This document shows positions 37,885 to 49,372 of a DNA stretch of 64,000 bases, piece after piece (position 1 is the stretch's first letter; each line of letters starts with the position of its first letter). The stretch is taken from assembly GCA_013239625.1 (NCBI GenBank), contig MU053493.1, positions 1,807,793 through 1,871,792 on the forward strand. The letters are read 5' to 3'. This DNA is from Lama guanicoe (taxonomy: Eukaryota). A program made the position numbers and the translations under genes. Under the pieces are notes generated by a model that was not told the origin of the DNA, searched no databases, and saw only the letters and a program-made list of their open reading frames with translations.

Positions 37885-38199
37885 CGGGGCCTGGGGCAGC
37901 GTGCGGGCGCGAGGGAGCCTCGCTGTCACCTGTTCTACCCGCCCGAAGACCGGACCCCAACGGCTCCCGATCCGGCAGGTCCGGGGCGCGGCCGGGAATC
38001 TTTGTGCTCCGCGGGTCCCGCAGGACCCGGACCTCAGGTGCGCCCGCCCACCCTCCCCGCCGAGTGTCCGCCGGGCTCGGGGGGTGGAGGGCGGGCGCTG
38101 GGCACGCGCGCATCTTTGTCCTCCCTTCCTTCCCGCCGCGGGGCCTGGCGGGGCGGGGGACTCGGGCGAGGCCGGGGCGGGGCGCGGGCGCGGGCGGCC

Positions 38200-38367
38200 A
38201 GCAGCAGGCCCGTGCGGGGTACAGCAGCAGCCTCGGTGCGCGGCTGGGCGCGGGCTCACAAAGAGCTGCGGCGGCGGCCCCGCGCTCGGCCTCGCGGACA
38301 GAGCGGCGGCGGCGGCGGCGGCGGGCCGGGGGCGGCGGTGCACCACGCTGCCCCGCGCCCAGGCCAG
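38200..38367 (+). other. APBA2: Candidate non-coding exon 1 (5'UTR) ending at donor CAG|GTAAGC; start approximate
   Basis: Near-consensus 5' splice site at 38367/38368 downstream of the GC boxes. No ATG in the segment. Contains (GCG)7 at 38303-38323. Confidence 0.55.
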
Positions 38368-40164
38368 GTAAGCTAGGGGCCTGGGCCGCCCGACTCGCCG
38401 GTGGTCGCAGCCTAGGGGCGCCCGGGCCAGCGCGGGGGACCAGGGCGCAGGGGGCGCGATCGGGCGGCGCCGCCGGGGTCTCGAGGTGTGGAGCGGGGTC
38501 TCCTCGGCCGGCGGGCGGGCGCGGCGGGGCCGAGCCAGAGGCTTGCACATCCCGGGCTTGGGGCGCCTCGGCAAGGGGCGACCGGGCGCGGACTAGGGGC
38601 GCGGGGAGGCGGCGGCTGCCCGCTCGTGTTCGGCCGGGCCGGCCCGGCCCGGACGGCCCGGCCGTTGGGGCGTTCCGCGGCCCCTCTGGGCGCTGGCACC
38701 AAGTCCCCGTGCAGGGCGACAACTCCCGAGTTTGGGGTCGTTTCTGGATTCCCTGTCTCCCGGGAAGCCGAGCCCCACCTTTTCCCTTTATAATGAGGCC
38801 CAGCGAGAAACTCCTCAGTTAAAAATTCCACGCCCGGGTCCCTTGGGCTGCCCGCGCGGACCTGCCCCATCGGCCCAGCCCCTGCCCTCCCCCTCTCCCG
38901 ACCCCGGACCAGGCGGGTGGCGGGAGATAGGGCCACAGATGGTCAAGGCGAATCGTGAGCCCCCTGAGCCCCGGGCCAGGCGGTGGGCAGCGGGCCTGGC
39001 TGTGCCGAAGCTGGGAACGAGCTTGCCCTGGCCCGAGGTGCTCAGGGACGGTAGGGCGGGCGCCCCCGAGGGGCCCGCCCTGCTCCAGCCTCACTGAGCG
39101 CGGAGACTGAGATAGACTGCTGGTCTCAACTTAGTATTTAGTTGCAGAAGGAAGACAATGTTTTCAGATCTATTCGGATACGGCCTGACAGGGGCCACAC
39201 TCAAATCTGCGGTTAAGCAAAGTCACAAATGGCCATGGGGACAGTCAGGTACCCCAAACTGGGCATCTCTTTCGAGCATCTCGTTCTGTGGGCTTAGCTG
39301 CCCCTGACCTCTTCATCCTCTGTCCCCTTTCTGAGAATTTTTTCCTCCTCTCTTCCTTTGAGAAAAAGAGTGGTTTTAGAAATAATGACTTGAAAGCTTT
39401 GAAAGCAGAAATAGGATGGCTTTTCCTGAGGCACACACTTGATGTGCTCTGTGGGTACGCAGAGCCTGTTGGGTGGTCCTTTCTGAGGCCTCTGGGTTAG
39501 TGGTCCCTACGGTGAGGTGAGGTGGAAGGCTTCTCCCCTTCTCGTTGGCAGTGTCCGGGGACATGGTCGGGGTTCCCAGTCAAGAGCTGCCAGGCTGCCC
39601 TGCCCTGTGCCCTCACTCCTGGGTGGTGGTCCAGGCTGCCTCCACTGGAGGGGGTCTCCTGAGCAGAGGATGACACTGACATGGAACCCATGGGGACCCT
39701 GGGTGATGGCCAGGGCGCTAGTGGGTGAGTTGGAGCTTGCTGGTGGTCAGCTTGCTGAGCTGGCTGCCTACCCATTGGGGACCACCAGCACTGGCGGAGA
39801 GACTCTCAGAGTGGTCTCCGGAGCTGGACCAGGCCTGGGTAGTGGCACTTATGATGGGGGGCCCTGAGACGCTGCTGTTCAGCCTGTCTCTCCAGACCTC
39901 AGGTCACTGGTTGGGGACCACTGTTGTACCCCACCCCTGCTGCCTGCCCTTTCATCTCCAGGGTCCTGGGCTGCCTCGCCTGGGGGAACCAGATGGAGTG
40001 TGTGTGTGAGTGTGTGTGTGAGTGTGAGAGACGGGGTGAGCGCTGGCAGATGGGGTCACTTTTACCTTCTTACTCTCTCCCCACCTTGCCTCTCTCTTGG
40101 GCACCCTGGGCTGGAGGTATGTCTTGTGTGACTGTACCTTGAGTACTTCTCACTTTAAAAAAAT

Positions 40165-40313
40165 ATATTTTATTAATTTTGTTTGTGGGTTGTTTTTGTT
40201 TTGGGGGGAGGTAATTAGGTTTATTTGTTTATTTTAATGAAAGTGCTGGGGATTGAACCCAGGACCTCATGCATGCTAAGCACGTGCCATACCACTGAGC
40301 TATACCCTCCCCC
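40165..40313 (-). mobile_element. vic-1-type SINE
   Basis: Antisense head and tail; flanking ctttaaaaaaa. Confidence 0.9.
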
Positions 40314-41624
40314 TACCCTTTAAAAAAAAATGTTAGTTTCACAGGAATAATTGGTGGGGATGGATTGTGAAGTGGAGGCACATAAGTAATCCAATTTGCC
40401 AACTAAGCTAAGAGATGCGAGATAAAAATAAAAGATAATTGTAAAAGACACCAGTCGCACCCCTGGAATCTGAGAGGGAACGCTAAAACACCTTGAGCTT
40501 TCCTAGACACAACTGAAGAAGTCAGAGGAAAAACACATCGGAAAGGGAGGTTGGCTCCAGGCTGGGCTTTGTTGGGACTGGGCAGATGGGAGGCCTGTCC
40601 AGGTGAGGGTGGGGGGAACTTAGGTGCCTGAGCCCCCCTCTGGGCCTCAGCTCTTCCCTGTCCTTGGTCCCAGACACCTGACCCAGTGGTTCCACAGGTG
40701 AGGGCCTCTGGTAACTCTAGGGTCTGAAGTCTTGGAGAAACCTTTGTTGTACTGGGAGTTGGGAAGGCTAGGAGAGGGTGGGCACAGAGGCCCGGGCTGG
40801 CCTCGAGGGCCTTCCGAAACAGGTGGCTTGCTTGCCTTGCAGCCTGGTCTCGAGGAAACGGAGGGTGGGAGAGAGCCCAGGATTGCATTGCCCTGACCTT
40901 ATTGGGATGGGGATGTGTAGGTATCATACAGGTGGGGAGTGATGGGGATCCGCACCAGCAGGCAGCTCCATCCCCAACGCAGGGCAGGTTTGAGATGGTG
41001 GCCCACCAAGTGGGCCGATGTCTGGGGAGGTGGGGGGTCGGGCAAACAGCCACAGAGGGGGTTCTCAGCCTCCTTCCCCTCCCGAGGCTCCGCCCACTGC
41101 CTGGGTTGGGTCCAGCTGGTGCCTCTGAGCTGCCTGCCGGTGCAGGCTGAGTCAGCCATCGTGGGCGCCCGTCTGCTCCTGTCTCTCCTGCAGACATTCC
41201 TGCATGCTCCCTGTCCTCCCAGACGCACAGAGAAGCCCAGAGAGGACAAGGACCTCAGTGTCACACAGCTAGCTCTCTCCATGAGCCTGCCTAGGAACCC
41301 CCATTTTGGTGGGTGCTGTTGCTGTGGGACTTAGGGTTTCTGGGCCAGCTGCAGGGTTTCCCCCATTAGGGCCAGGTCTGGGGTTCCTTGCAAGCCCTCA
41401 GCGGCTCCTCAGTGCCCACCCGACACCCACATTCCCCAGCCTGATTTTTTCCCCCAGTTCCCTTCCTCACTCACAACCATGCTGTGCAGGCTCTGGCCAG
41501 GCAGGCTCACTGCAGGCATGCTCTGTGTTGTCCCCACCCCATCTCCACCTGCCACCTCGGCCTGGCACCCTGTGTCCATCCTTGATGATCCCAGATGACT
41601 ATGGGCTCTTTCCCTGTTATCCCT

Positions 41625-42005
41625 TGGTCTTCACATTTGCCATGCTCCTGCCTGCCTCAGGGCCTTTGCACCTGCTGTTCCTGCTCCCTGGCACGTGCCT
41701 TCTCCAGATATCCACCTGGCTTGCTCTCTCACTTACTTCTCTGTTTATATTTCAGCTCCCTGATCAGCCTACATAAATTAGTATCACTTCCCCCTTTCTT
41801 GTTAACCCTGCTTTGTGTTTCTTCTTAGTACTTAACATGACTTGTTATATATATACTTTGTTTATTCTGTCTCTGACTGCTCCAGCAGAAAGACTCTGTG
41901 GACCTCTGTATCCCTGGCAGCTAGGTCAGTGCCTGGCACCTCTTGGGCCCTCAGTGTTACTAGCTGGATGAGTGAATGAATGAGTGAATGAATGAATGAA
42001 TGAGT
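41625..42005 (+). mobile_element. L2 3' end
   Basis: cctgcctcagggcctttgcacctgctgttcc...cagtgcctggcac...(gaat)n tail. Confidence 0.8.
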
Positions 42006-43104
42006 GAAGCCCCAGGAGAGTCATTTTTCCTTTCAGCACAAGCCTGGCAGCCTGCTGCTCCTTTCCTGAGACCCAGAGCTCGAACTGAGCTGGGTTCCCA
42101 ATTGGCTCCCTCGTTGCACCTCACATGGAAGCTGGCATGTGGTGGACAGGCAGGAGGGAGCTGTGGAGGTCAGATTGAAGGGCGCAGGTCAAATTCCACT
42201 TTGGCTTGAGGACCGCATGGCTGGGAAGGCAGTCAGCCCAGGGAGTGAGCGTTTTGATGCTTCACAGTAACCCCCTTGTGGATTTTTGCTTGTCTGCATG
42301 GCCTGCCGTTGGGCTGTCCCTGCTGCCAGAGCCAGCTCAGTGTTACCTCCGCGGTCACCTGGGTGACGGATGTTCTGGGAATGAGGCGCCCTCTTGCCCG
42401 GGTTCCCGTCCTCCTCCATCTGGAGGTTTCTAAACTTGTCTGTTACCTTATGTCAGATCCAGCGTCTCCAGGCTCCCAGCCGCTCTGCCTGTCCCTGTTT
42501 GCCAGCCTCCCCTTCCTGAAACCCTCCCCAGCCTGAGTCTCCTGCCCGGGTTCTGGCCTTGCTGGGGAAGGCGCTATGATTTTGTATGGAGGCAGGCAGA
42601 GTCGGGCAGGAAGGAGCTAGGGTTTGCAGTAACAAGAGGTCGATCTGAACCCGGCTGTAATCCCTGGGGCCTCAGACGGGTCACTGGCCCCTGGGGGTCT
42701 TTTTCAGTATCTGTCATTCATGCAGTACAGCTCTTGCTGGGGTAGTTCTGAGGCACAGACAGGATCCCGCGTTGAACTGATTTGAGATATCGACGTCGTT
42801 CCGATGGCCAGGGGTTTGGGGCCCCCAGGCTTGCAGTGGCTTCTCCTATTTTACTGGGATTTTGAGGTGCCAGCTTTGCTGAGTTTCAGGTCCCACCTAG
42901 TAAGAGGATGTTGTGCTTCATAAACTCTAAAGTGCTGTTCTTGTGGAAGATGCTGTGTCTGTGGTTTTGCATCTGAAGGATCAAAATTAAGAAGGGAAAA
43001 GTACGGGATTTGAGATTCTGGTGTCTACTGGCTGCAGAAGTATTTGCATCTTGTGATTTTTCCAAACACAGAAGTGCTCTAGCCTTCTGGAGATTTTTCT
43101 TTTC

Positions 43105-43275
43105 TTAATTTAAAAAATTTATATGTTTTTATTCTTATGTTTTAACTTTTATTTATTTTGGGGGGGGGATTAGATTTTATTTCATTTATTTATGTAATTA
43201 TTATTACTTTTTTTGGAACCCAGGAACCATGGAACCCATGCAGCTCTACCACTGAGCTACGCCCCCTCGCCCCCG
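43105..43275 (-). mobile_element. Rearranged vic-1-type SINE
   Basis: Tail motif plus ggaacccaggaaccatggaacccatgcagctctaccactgagctac. Confidence 0.7.
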
Positions 43276-45049
43276 GAGATGGTTTTTGATGGCAAAACCA
43301 ACTGGAGTTAAACACACCTCGTCAGGCACTTCTGGATGTTGAGTTCTGTTCCTCTGTGTGTGCTGTTTGAAATAATTCCCCACCAGGCCGGAGGGGCAGG
43401 CCTGTTGTCTTCCCTTGGCATCGGGGAGGCTGGGGACCGGGGAGCGCGGCTGTTTCCAAGCAGCGCTGGGGTTCTTCCAAGTGCGCACAGTGCCCACGAC
43501 CCCCTCCCCCACCTCCCACCTCCTGTGTCCCACTGGGACTCAGTTTGCATCAGGTTTGTTTTCCAGCTGGGAGGGTGAGACTAGGACTTAGAAACACTTT
43601 TGTGATACATACAGGAGCTAATTTTCAACCCGTGCCTGGAAAATCGGATAGTGGGGACTAGCGGATAGACCCGAGCTCTGGTGGGCGGATGGAGACTAAC
43701 GGACAAGTTCATGTCTCAGGTGACCCAGGGCCCCTTACAGGGACAGCAAGGAGGCTTGGGAGCTTGCCGTCTAAGACAACAGCTAACATTGTTAGGTTTT
43801 CCAGCATCTTCCTTCCCATGCCTGGAGCTTTGCACTTCCTGCCACAGAATCAGCTACTCTCAGAGATGTTCAGCTCTGAAATGTTCAGGCGTTTGGTGGG
43901 GACAGATTCTAATTAGTAAATAATCAGTGAGTAGGGGAACAACACTGGCATTTTGAATTTTCCGTTGGAGAAATACACATGTATATACGTATCATTATAT
44001 TTTTAAATATATGTGTATATATTTTATTTCTTCTTTGATTGGTTTTACATTCCTGGAATTGATTCTGCCGCATGGCAACTGTAAATATGAATTTCTCTGA
44101 ACTGTTGTATACGTCACTCATATTAATAAACAAATAGTGTCCCTCAGTTGGTCTGATTAGCAGTGGTCTCAGAAAAGTCCATTGTTTCAAAAATAGGCGA
44201 CCTCTCTATTGAGTGGGTGCATGCATCTCAGGACAATGGATTTCTTGGGTCCCTTTGGCAGCAAGTGTACACAGGGTTCAAGTAAAACACTGTTGACAGT
44301 CCTCCGTCTTTTGGTGTCCTAACTGAGCCATGTGTGCTCACATCAGTCCATGTGGTCCAGATCTAGTGACAGCTGTCACAGTCCGGGATGGTAGGGAGTC
44401 AGAAGCTCTAGAAAGCCACCGTCGATGCTCTGAGTGTGACTCAGCTCCCCCTGAGAGGGGCACATGGAGGTCTGCATTCCTTCCTCTCCAGCCCTCCAGC
44501 AGCTGTGAAGCTGTGAAGATGCAGTGAGAGGAGACAGACGGTTGTGAGTGTTTTGTTACAGTGGAGTGCCGGGCCAGTGCCAGTCACCAGGCTTACAGGA
44601 TGTGTGTGTGAGTTTCTCACCAGACACCAGGTGCAACCTCAGGTCTCTAGCTGCTCCTGGCTGGTATCAGTGAAAACCAGCAGCTGAGTGATGGACAGTT
44701 GGTCCTGGCCACTGGTCCCAGTGCTGCCTGCCCGGCCCGACTGCTAGATCCTGAGTCCGCAGCACTGGGCTCAGCCTGACCCATGGCCCTGATGGACGTG
44801 CCTTTCTACCTGTGGCCTTTCTTTGCCCGTTGTTGGGTGCCAGACAGGAGCGAGCCAGCATGCGGCAGGTTGGATGGGCGGTCTGCATTCTGGTTTTGGG
44901 GGGACATCCCTATGATGTTTCCTAGGTTGGGAACTCTGAGTGCAGAAGCCCCTCCAGACCAAGGACTCCGGCTTGTACCTCTCCTTTGGGCTTTAAACAG
45001 ATTGGGGCTTTCAAATGAATTGCGTTTCATTAAGTAATGGTTTTCTTCA

Positions 45050-45170
45050 TTTTTGGAGGGGAGGAGGAAGTCATTTGGTTTATTTATTTATTGATGGCAG
45101 TACGGGGGGCTGAACCAGGAACCCTGTGTGTGCTAAACATGTGCTCTGTAACTGACCTTTACCCTACCCC
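45050..45170 (-). mobile_element. Diverged vic-1-type SINE
   Basis: tttggtttatttatttattgatggcagtacggggggctgaaccagg...tgctaaacatgtgctct. Confidence 0.7.
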
Positions 45171-45552
45171 CAGTTTTCTTCTGGATCACAGGCTGGTCTG
45201 TGCTTAATCGGCAGTGGGAACTGGTGGGACTCCAGCTGCTATGACACAACCAGAGGCAGACGCCCCCCTGACTTGCATCGACGTCATGGGGGAGCTGCCT
45301 TGGATGTGGCAGTGTTCTCCCCACTCCTTGTTTTGGGAATCCCTGCCTTACCTCTCTGTAGTGGTTGTTCCTTTTACCCATCACCTGAGATGAGTTGTCT
45401 AAGGATGGAAACAAAGGGGTGCCTGGCACTTAAATGACACCCCCTCCCCACCCCCATCATTCACCGCCAGCCCTGTGATCCACAGGGCCTGCAGCACTAG
45501 CTCTGGGTGCTCTCCGTTTTAGGTACCCCCTAGCCCCTTTGCTGAACCCCAT

Positions 45553-45656
45553 TCATCCATCTATCCATCCATCCATCCACCCATCCACCCATCCACCCAC
45601 CCATCCATCCACCCATCCACCCATCCATCCATCCATCCATCCACCCACCCATCCAC
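45553..45656. repeat. (CCAT/CCAC)n tetranucleotide repeat
   Basis: Directly visible. Confidence 0.95.
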
Positions 45657-48093
45657 GGGGGAATTCCTGACTGCCTGCTCTGTTCCATGTTTCCTGATCC
45701 CTGTCAGGGGCTGGGTGGAGTCTGGGGAGGAGTAGAAGGGGCTACTGGTGAATGTGGAAGGGCCTCAATGCCCAAGTCTGGCTCTGGCTCCAGCTCCCAG
45801 AGCAGCACAAGCTGGAAGGTGTGAGCCCCGGGAGTGGGTGGGGTGGCTCACAGACTCCATCCTGGAAGAGTGGGAGCGTTTGCCCGTCCAGAGCTCAGGA
45901 GGGAAGAGCCCTCCAGGCAGAAGGGCCAGCTTGGAGTGGGGCCCCCGCTAGCGGGGTGAGGGCCGAGTATTTGGCAGCGAAGAGCATGTTTTGTGCAAGT
46001 CAGAGCAGGAGCTGGTGGATCCTGACCGTCAGGGGCCGGCGCTGCCCCTGGAGGCCTGGGGGGCCGTCAGGCTGTGGTGGGGTGATGGCACACACACTCT
46101 GCCCAGTGACATCTAACTATGTTTTGGGCACTGTTTCCACCACCCAGGTCCGTGCCCTATTGGACCCCGGGAGGGGCTGTGAAGGATGAGTTGGGGGGCT
46201 GTGATGCGAGCTGTCGGGGGACAGGGCAGAGACATAGGGAGAGTATCGGGGGGGGCACGTCGAGGGGCGCCAGGGGGCTCTAGGAGGGATGAGGGAAGAC
46301 ACAGGTTGAGGGGTGACGGGAGGGACCAAGGACCCCATACCGGCGGAGGGGTGATGGAGCCCCAGCCGGATGCATGGGACGAGGCGCAGCCAGCTCGCTC
46401 CCCCACCGCCTTCTGTGGGCGGAGGCGGCTGTTGCCAAGTCCCGGCCTTGCGAGCACGGATGTTTAATTTTACCCTTTAGAGATTTACAGGCTTTCTAAA
46501 TTAAATTGCCACTGTTCTTCTACACGAACTACAAAATCCATGACAAACCATAAATCACATTATTAATTTGCTCCTGTTGAGTTAACCTACGGAGCTCCGC
46601 TGACTTCCTGCGGAGGACGGAGGATGGAGGACAGCCTGGGAACGGGGAGGTCTCCGGTCACAGGTCGCGGTGGTCGGGCCACCTCAGCCAGGCTGTAGCC
46701 GCTGCCCTGCCCACCAGGTGGCCGTCCTGGTCCCATTGCAGGGGCTCCTGTTAGCTTTCTGGCCTCTGGAGGGAGGGGGACCGACTCCAGCATCCTCCAT
46801 GCAGCGGGCAGAGGGCAGAGGGCACGGGGGAAGGGGAGGGGAAGTCGATGCTCCTGGTCAGGTGCTGGGCTCCTGAGGCCTCTGCAGGCTGGTGAGCCCT
46901 GAGGAGGCACGAGGAGGGTCCTCTCAGGGGACCCTAGGCAGCCACTTCCCCTTTCAGGCTCTGATGGGCTGTTCATCCTCTGGGCAATGATGGGTCAGAA
47001 AACCTGTTTTCCAACCGCTCTTCTTTTTCCAGATGCTGTCAGCCTGTTCTTCGCTCAGGCACCAGTGGGGGTGGGTACCATTCCCTCCAGGAGGCCCACA
47101 GCCTGCCCCCTATGGGGACCCTGCTGGGACACTGGCCAAGGCTTTCTTCACTGCTTACGCCCATGCAGCATAGCTGGAAACTACCTGCTAATTTTGGGGC
47201 TAATCAGAAGTCACAATTTATTGGGAGAAAGCTGCATTTGATGGGTGGGAGGGGCGACTCTCTCTGTGTGTTGGCAGTTCTGCCACCAGGGGCCACGTGG
47301 CTGCACCAGGCGGGGAAGTGGGAGGAGCGGGTCTGGGGCTCGAGCTCATGATGGTTTTCAGCAAACACCTAGTATTATGCCGCAGTTCGTGTGGACTGGT
47401 GTCCTAAAGCTGGGTCTCCTTTACAGTGGTACTGAGAAGTCAGACCCTAGTGTGTTAAACACCGGATATTTCAAAGCAGAAAGCCAGCAGTCACATTGCT
47501 TGTGTGGCTGCCCCTGCAGGCTCACGCGTGGTACCACCCACAGCCTGGACTGGGGACGGGCCGTCACCCTGCCGACTGAGCTGCTGCTGACCAACACAGA
47601 AGACTCCGTAAAATCCACATGTGTTCATAGAAATACAAATAGCATTTAATGTGCCTGTTTAATGATCTCTTCCTTGAAGTCATATTAGCTCTGATTTGAA
47701 GGAAGTAAGTGGAGACCTAACACAGTGATTTGGGCTGATTTTTGTCTCACTTATCCGAGTTCCCGACAGGAGTCCTTGTGGGAACTATCTGAGCTGACGG
47801 AGGCCTGGAGGCCATTGTGGGTGAGCCTTGTCCAGAATTCACAGCAACTCATCCCTTGCACACATCTGGACCTCAAGTCTCAGACCCTGACACTCGCCTT
47901 TCCGCACGTGTGTGTTTAGTGAAAGATGTTCTAAGAAATTGCTCATATTAAAATCGCGCACTTTGCAAGAAAAAGGCGAACAACTGAGTAGGAAAGAGGC
48001 TAAAGACATTTCACCAGAAAAAGGTACAGTAGCCATATGGAAAGGTCCTCGAGTCCATGAGTCATCAGGGAAATGCAAAAGAAATCGTGAACA

Positions 48094-48109
48094 TGTTAGC
48101 CAGGGCTCT

Positions 48110-48145
<36 letters not shown>

Positions 48146-48566
48146 TATATATATTTGGGGATTTATTATGAGGAATTGGCCCAGACGATTGTGGAGGCTG
48201 AGAAGTCCCATGATCTGCCTCCTGCAAGCTGAGGACCCAAATGGAATTCAATCTGAGTCTGCAGGTTGGAGACCCAGGGGGGCCAGTTGTACGAATCACA
48301 GTCCAAGGGCAGACATGAGGTGAGTTGTCCCAGCTCAACAGTGAGGCTGGGAAAAAGAGGTGAATTCCTTCTTCCTGCCTCTTATGTTCTCACGGCCCTC
48401 AGGGGGTTGGATGAGACCAGCTGTGTGGCAGAGGGCACTGCTTTACCGAGTCCACTGATGCAAATGCCCGTCTCACATGAGAACACCCCCACAGACACAG
48501 CCAGGAACAGTGTGGAGTCTGGGCTCCCCATGGTCAGTCAAGTGGGCACATAAAATTAACCATCAC
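48094..48566. mobile_element. MLT2 solo LTR nested in an old + strand L1 3' fragment (~47920-49640)
   Basis: (TG)n, gatttattatgaggaattggc...gcacataaaattaaccatcac. Confidence 0.85.
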
Positions 48567-48928
48567 GATCTGATACTATTCTTAAATTGAAAAGAACAGA
48601 AAATAGGTGTTGGAGATGGTGTGGAGCCACAGGAATGCTCATTTTTTGAAAAAAAAATTTAGTTTGCAGTGGTTCATGACTAGTATATACAGTTGATTTC
48701 CTTGGGGAGGAGGTAATTAGATTTTATTAAATTAAATTAATTAATTACATTTAAAAAAAATGGAGATACTGGGAATTGAACCCTCCCCCACCCAAGGGAT
48801 CATTCACAGTTGATGGAGAAGTTCCCCTAACTGCTTCGGGAAGCTGTTTTGCAGGACCCACTAAAGTTAAAATTACACGTCCTCGGTGACCAGCAGTCCC
48901 CCTCTGAATGGAAAGTACATACAGCCAC

Positions 48929-49372
48929 TGTAGTGGGCCTCATGGAGGCCCCTAATGACACCAGGTCCCAGTCCCTGGATCTGTGAATGTTACCTTAAAT
49001 GGTAAAGTTTTGCAGACATGGGTAAGGACATTGAGATGAGAAGATTATCCTGGATTACCTGGTGGATCCTACGTGTCATCACAAATGTCCTTCTAAGAGA
49101 GAGGCAGTGGGAGAGTGGACACAGTGGAGAAGACAGTGTGACTGCAGAGGCAGAGATTGGAGCAATGTGGCCACAAGCCAAGGACAGCCGACAGCCACCA
49201 GCAACCAGAAGAGGAGATTCTCCCCTAGAGCGTCGGAGGGAGGGTGGCCCAGCAGACACCTTGATTTCAGCCACGGGCCCTGCTTTCAGACTTCTAGTCT
49301 CCTCAACTGTGAGTTGTTTAAAGCCATGCAGTTTGTGGTGGTTTGTGACAGGGACCACAGGAAACGAACGCG
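48929..49372 (+). mobile_element. MLT1C/D-type MaLR LTR
   Basis: tgtagtggg...ctgtgaatgttaccttaaatggtaaa...gattatcctggattac...gtttgtggtggtttgtgacag..caggaaac. Confidence 0.85.

Larger units (their letters stand above)
37800..39100. promoter_or_regulatory. APBA2: CpG island promoter of a + strand gene, probably APBA2 (Mint2/X11L)
   Basis: Very high GC and CpG density, GC boxes GGGGCGGGG at 38150 and 38174, and a strong donor at 38368. The CpG island itself is certain. The gene name is inferred only from recalled mouse gene order (Mphosph10-Mcee-Apba2); no APBA2 coding sequence is in the window. Confidence 0.65.

Noticed and set aside
37762..38936. Long overlapping ORFs (270, 304 and 324 aa) on both strands
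   Set aside because: Ala/Arg/Gly/Pro-rich products of stop-poor CpG-island DNA, with no recognisable domain.
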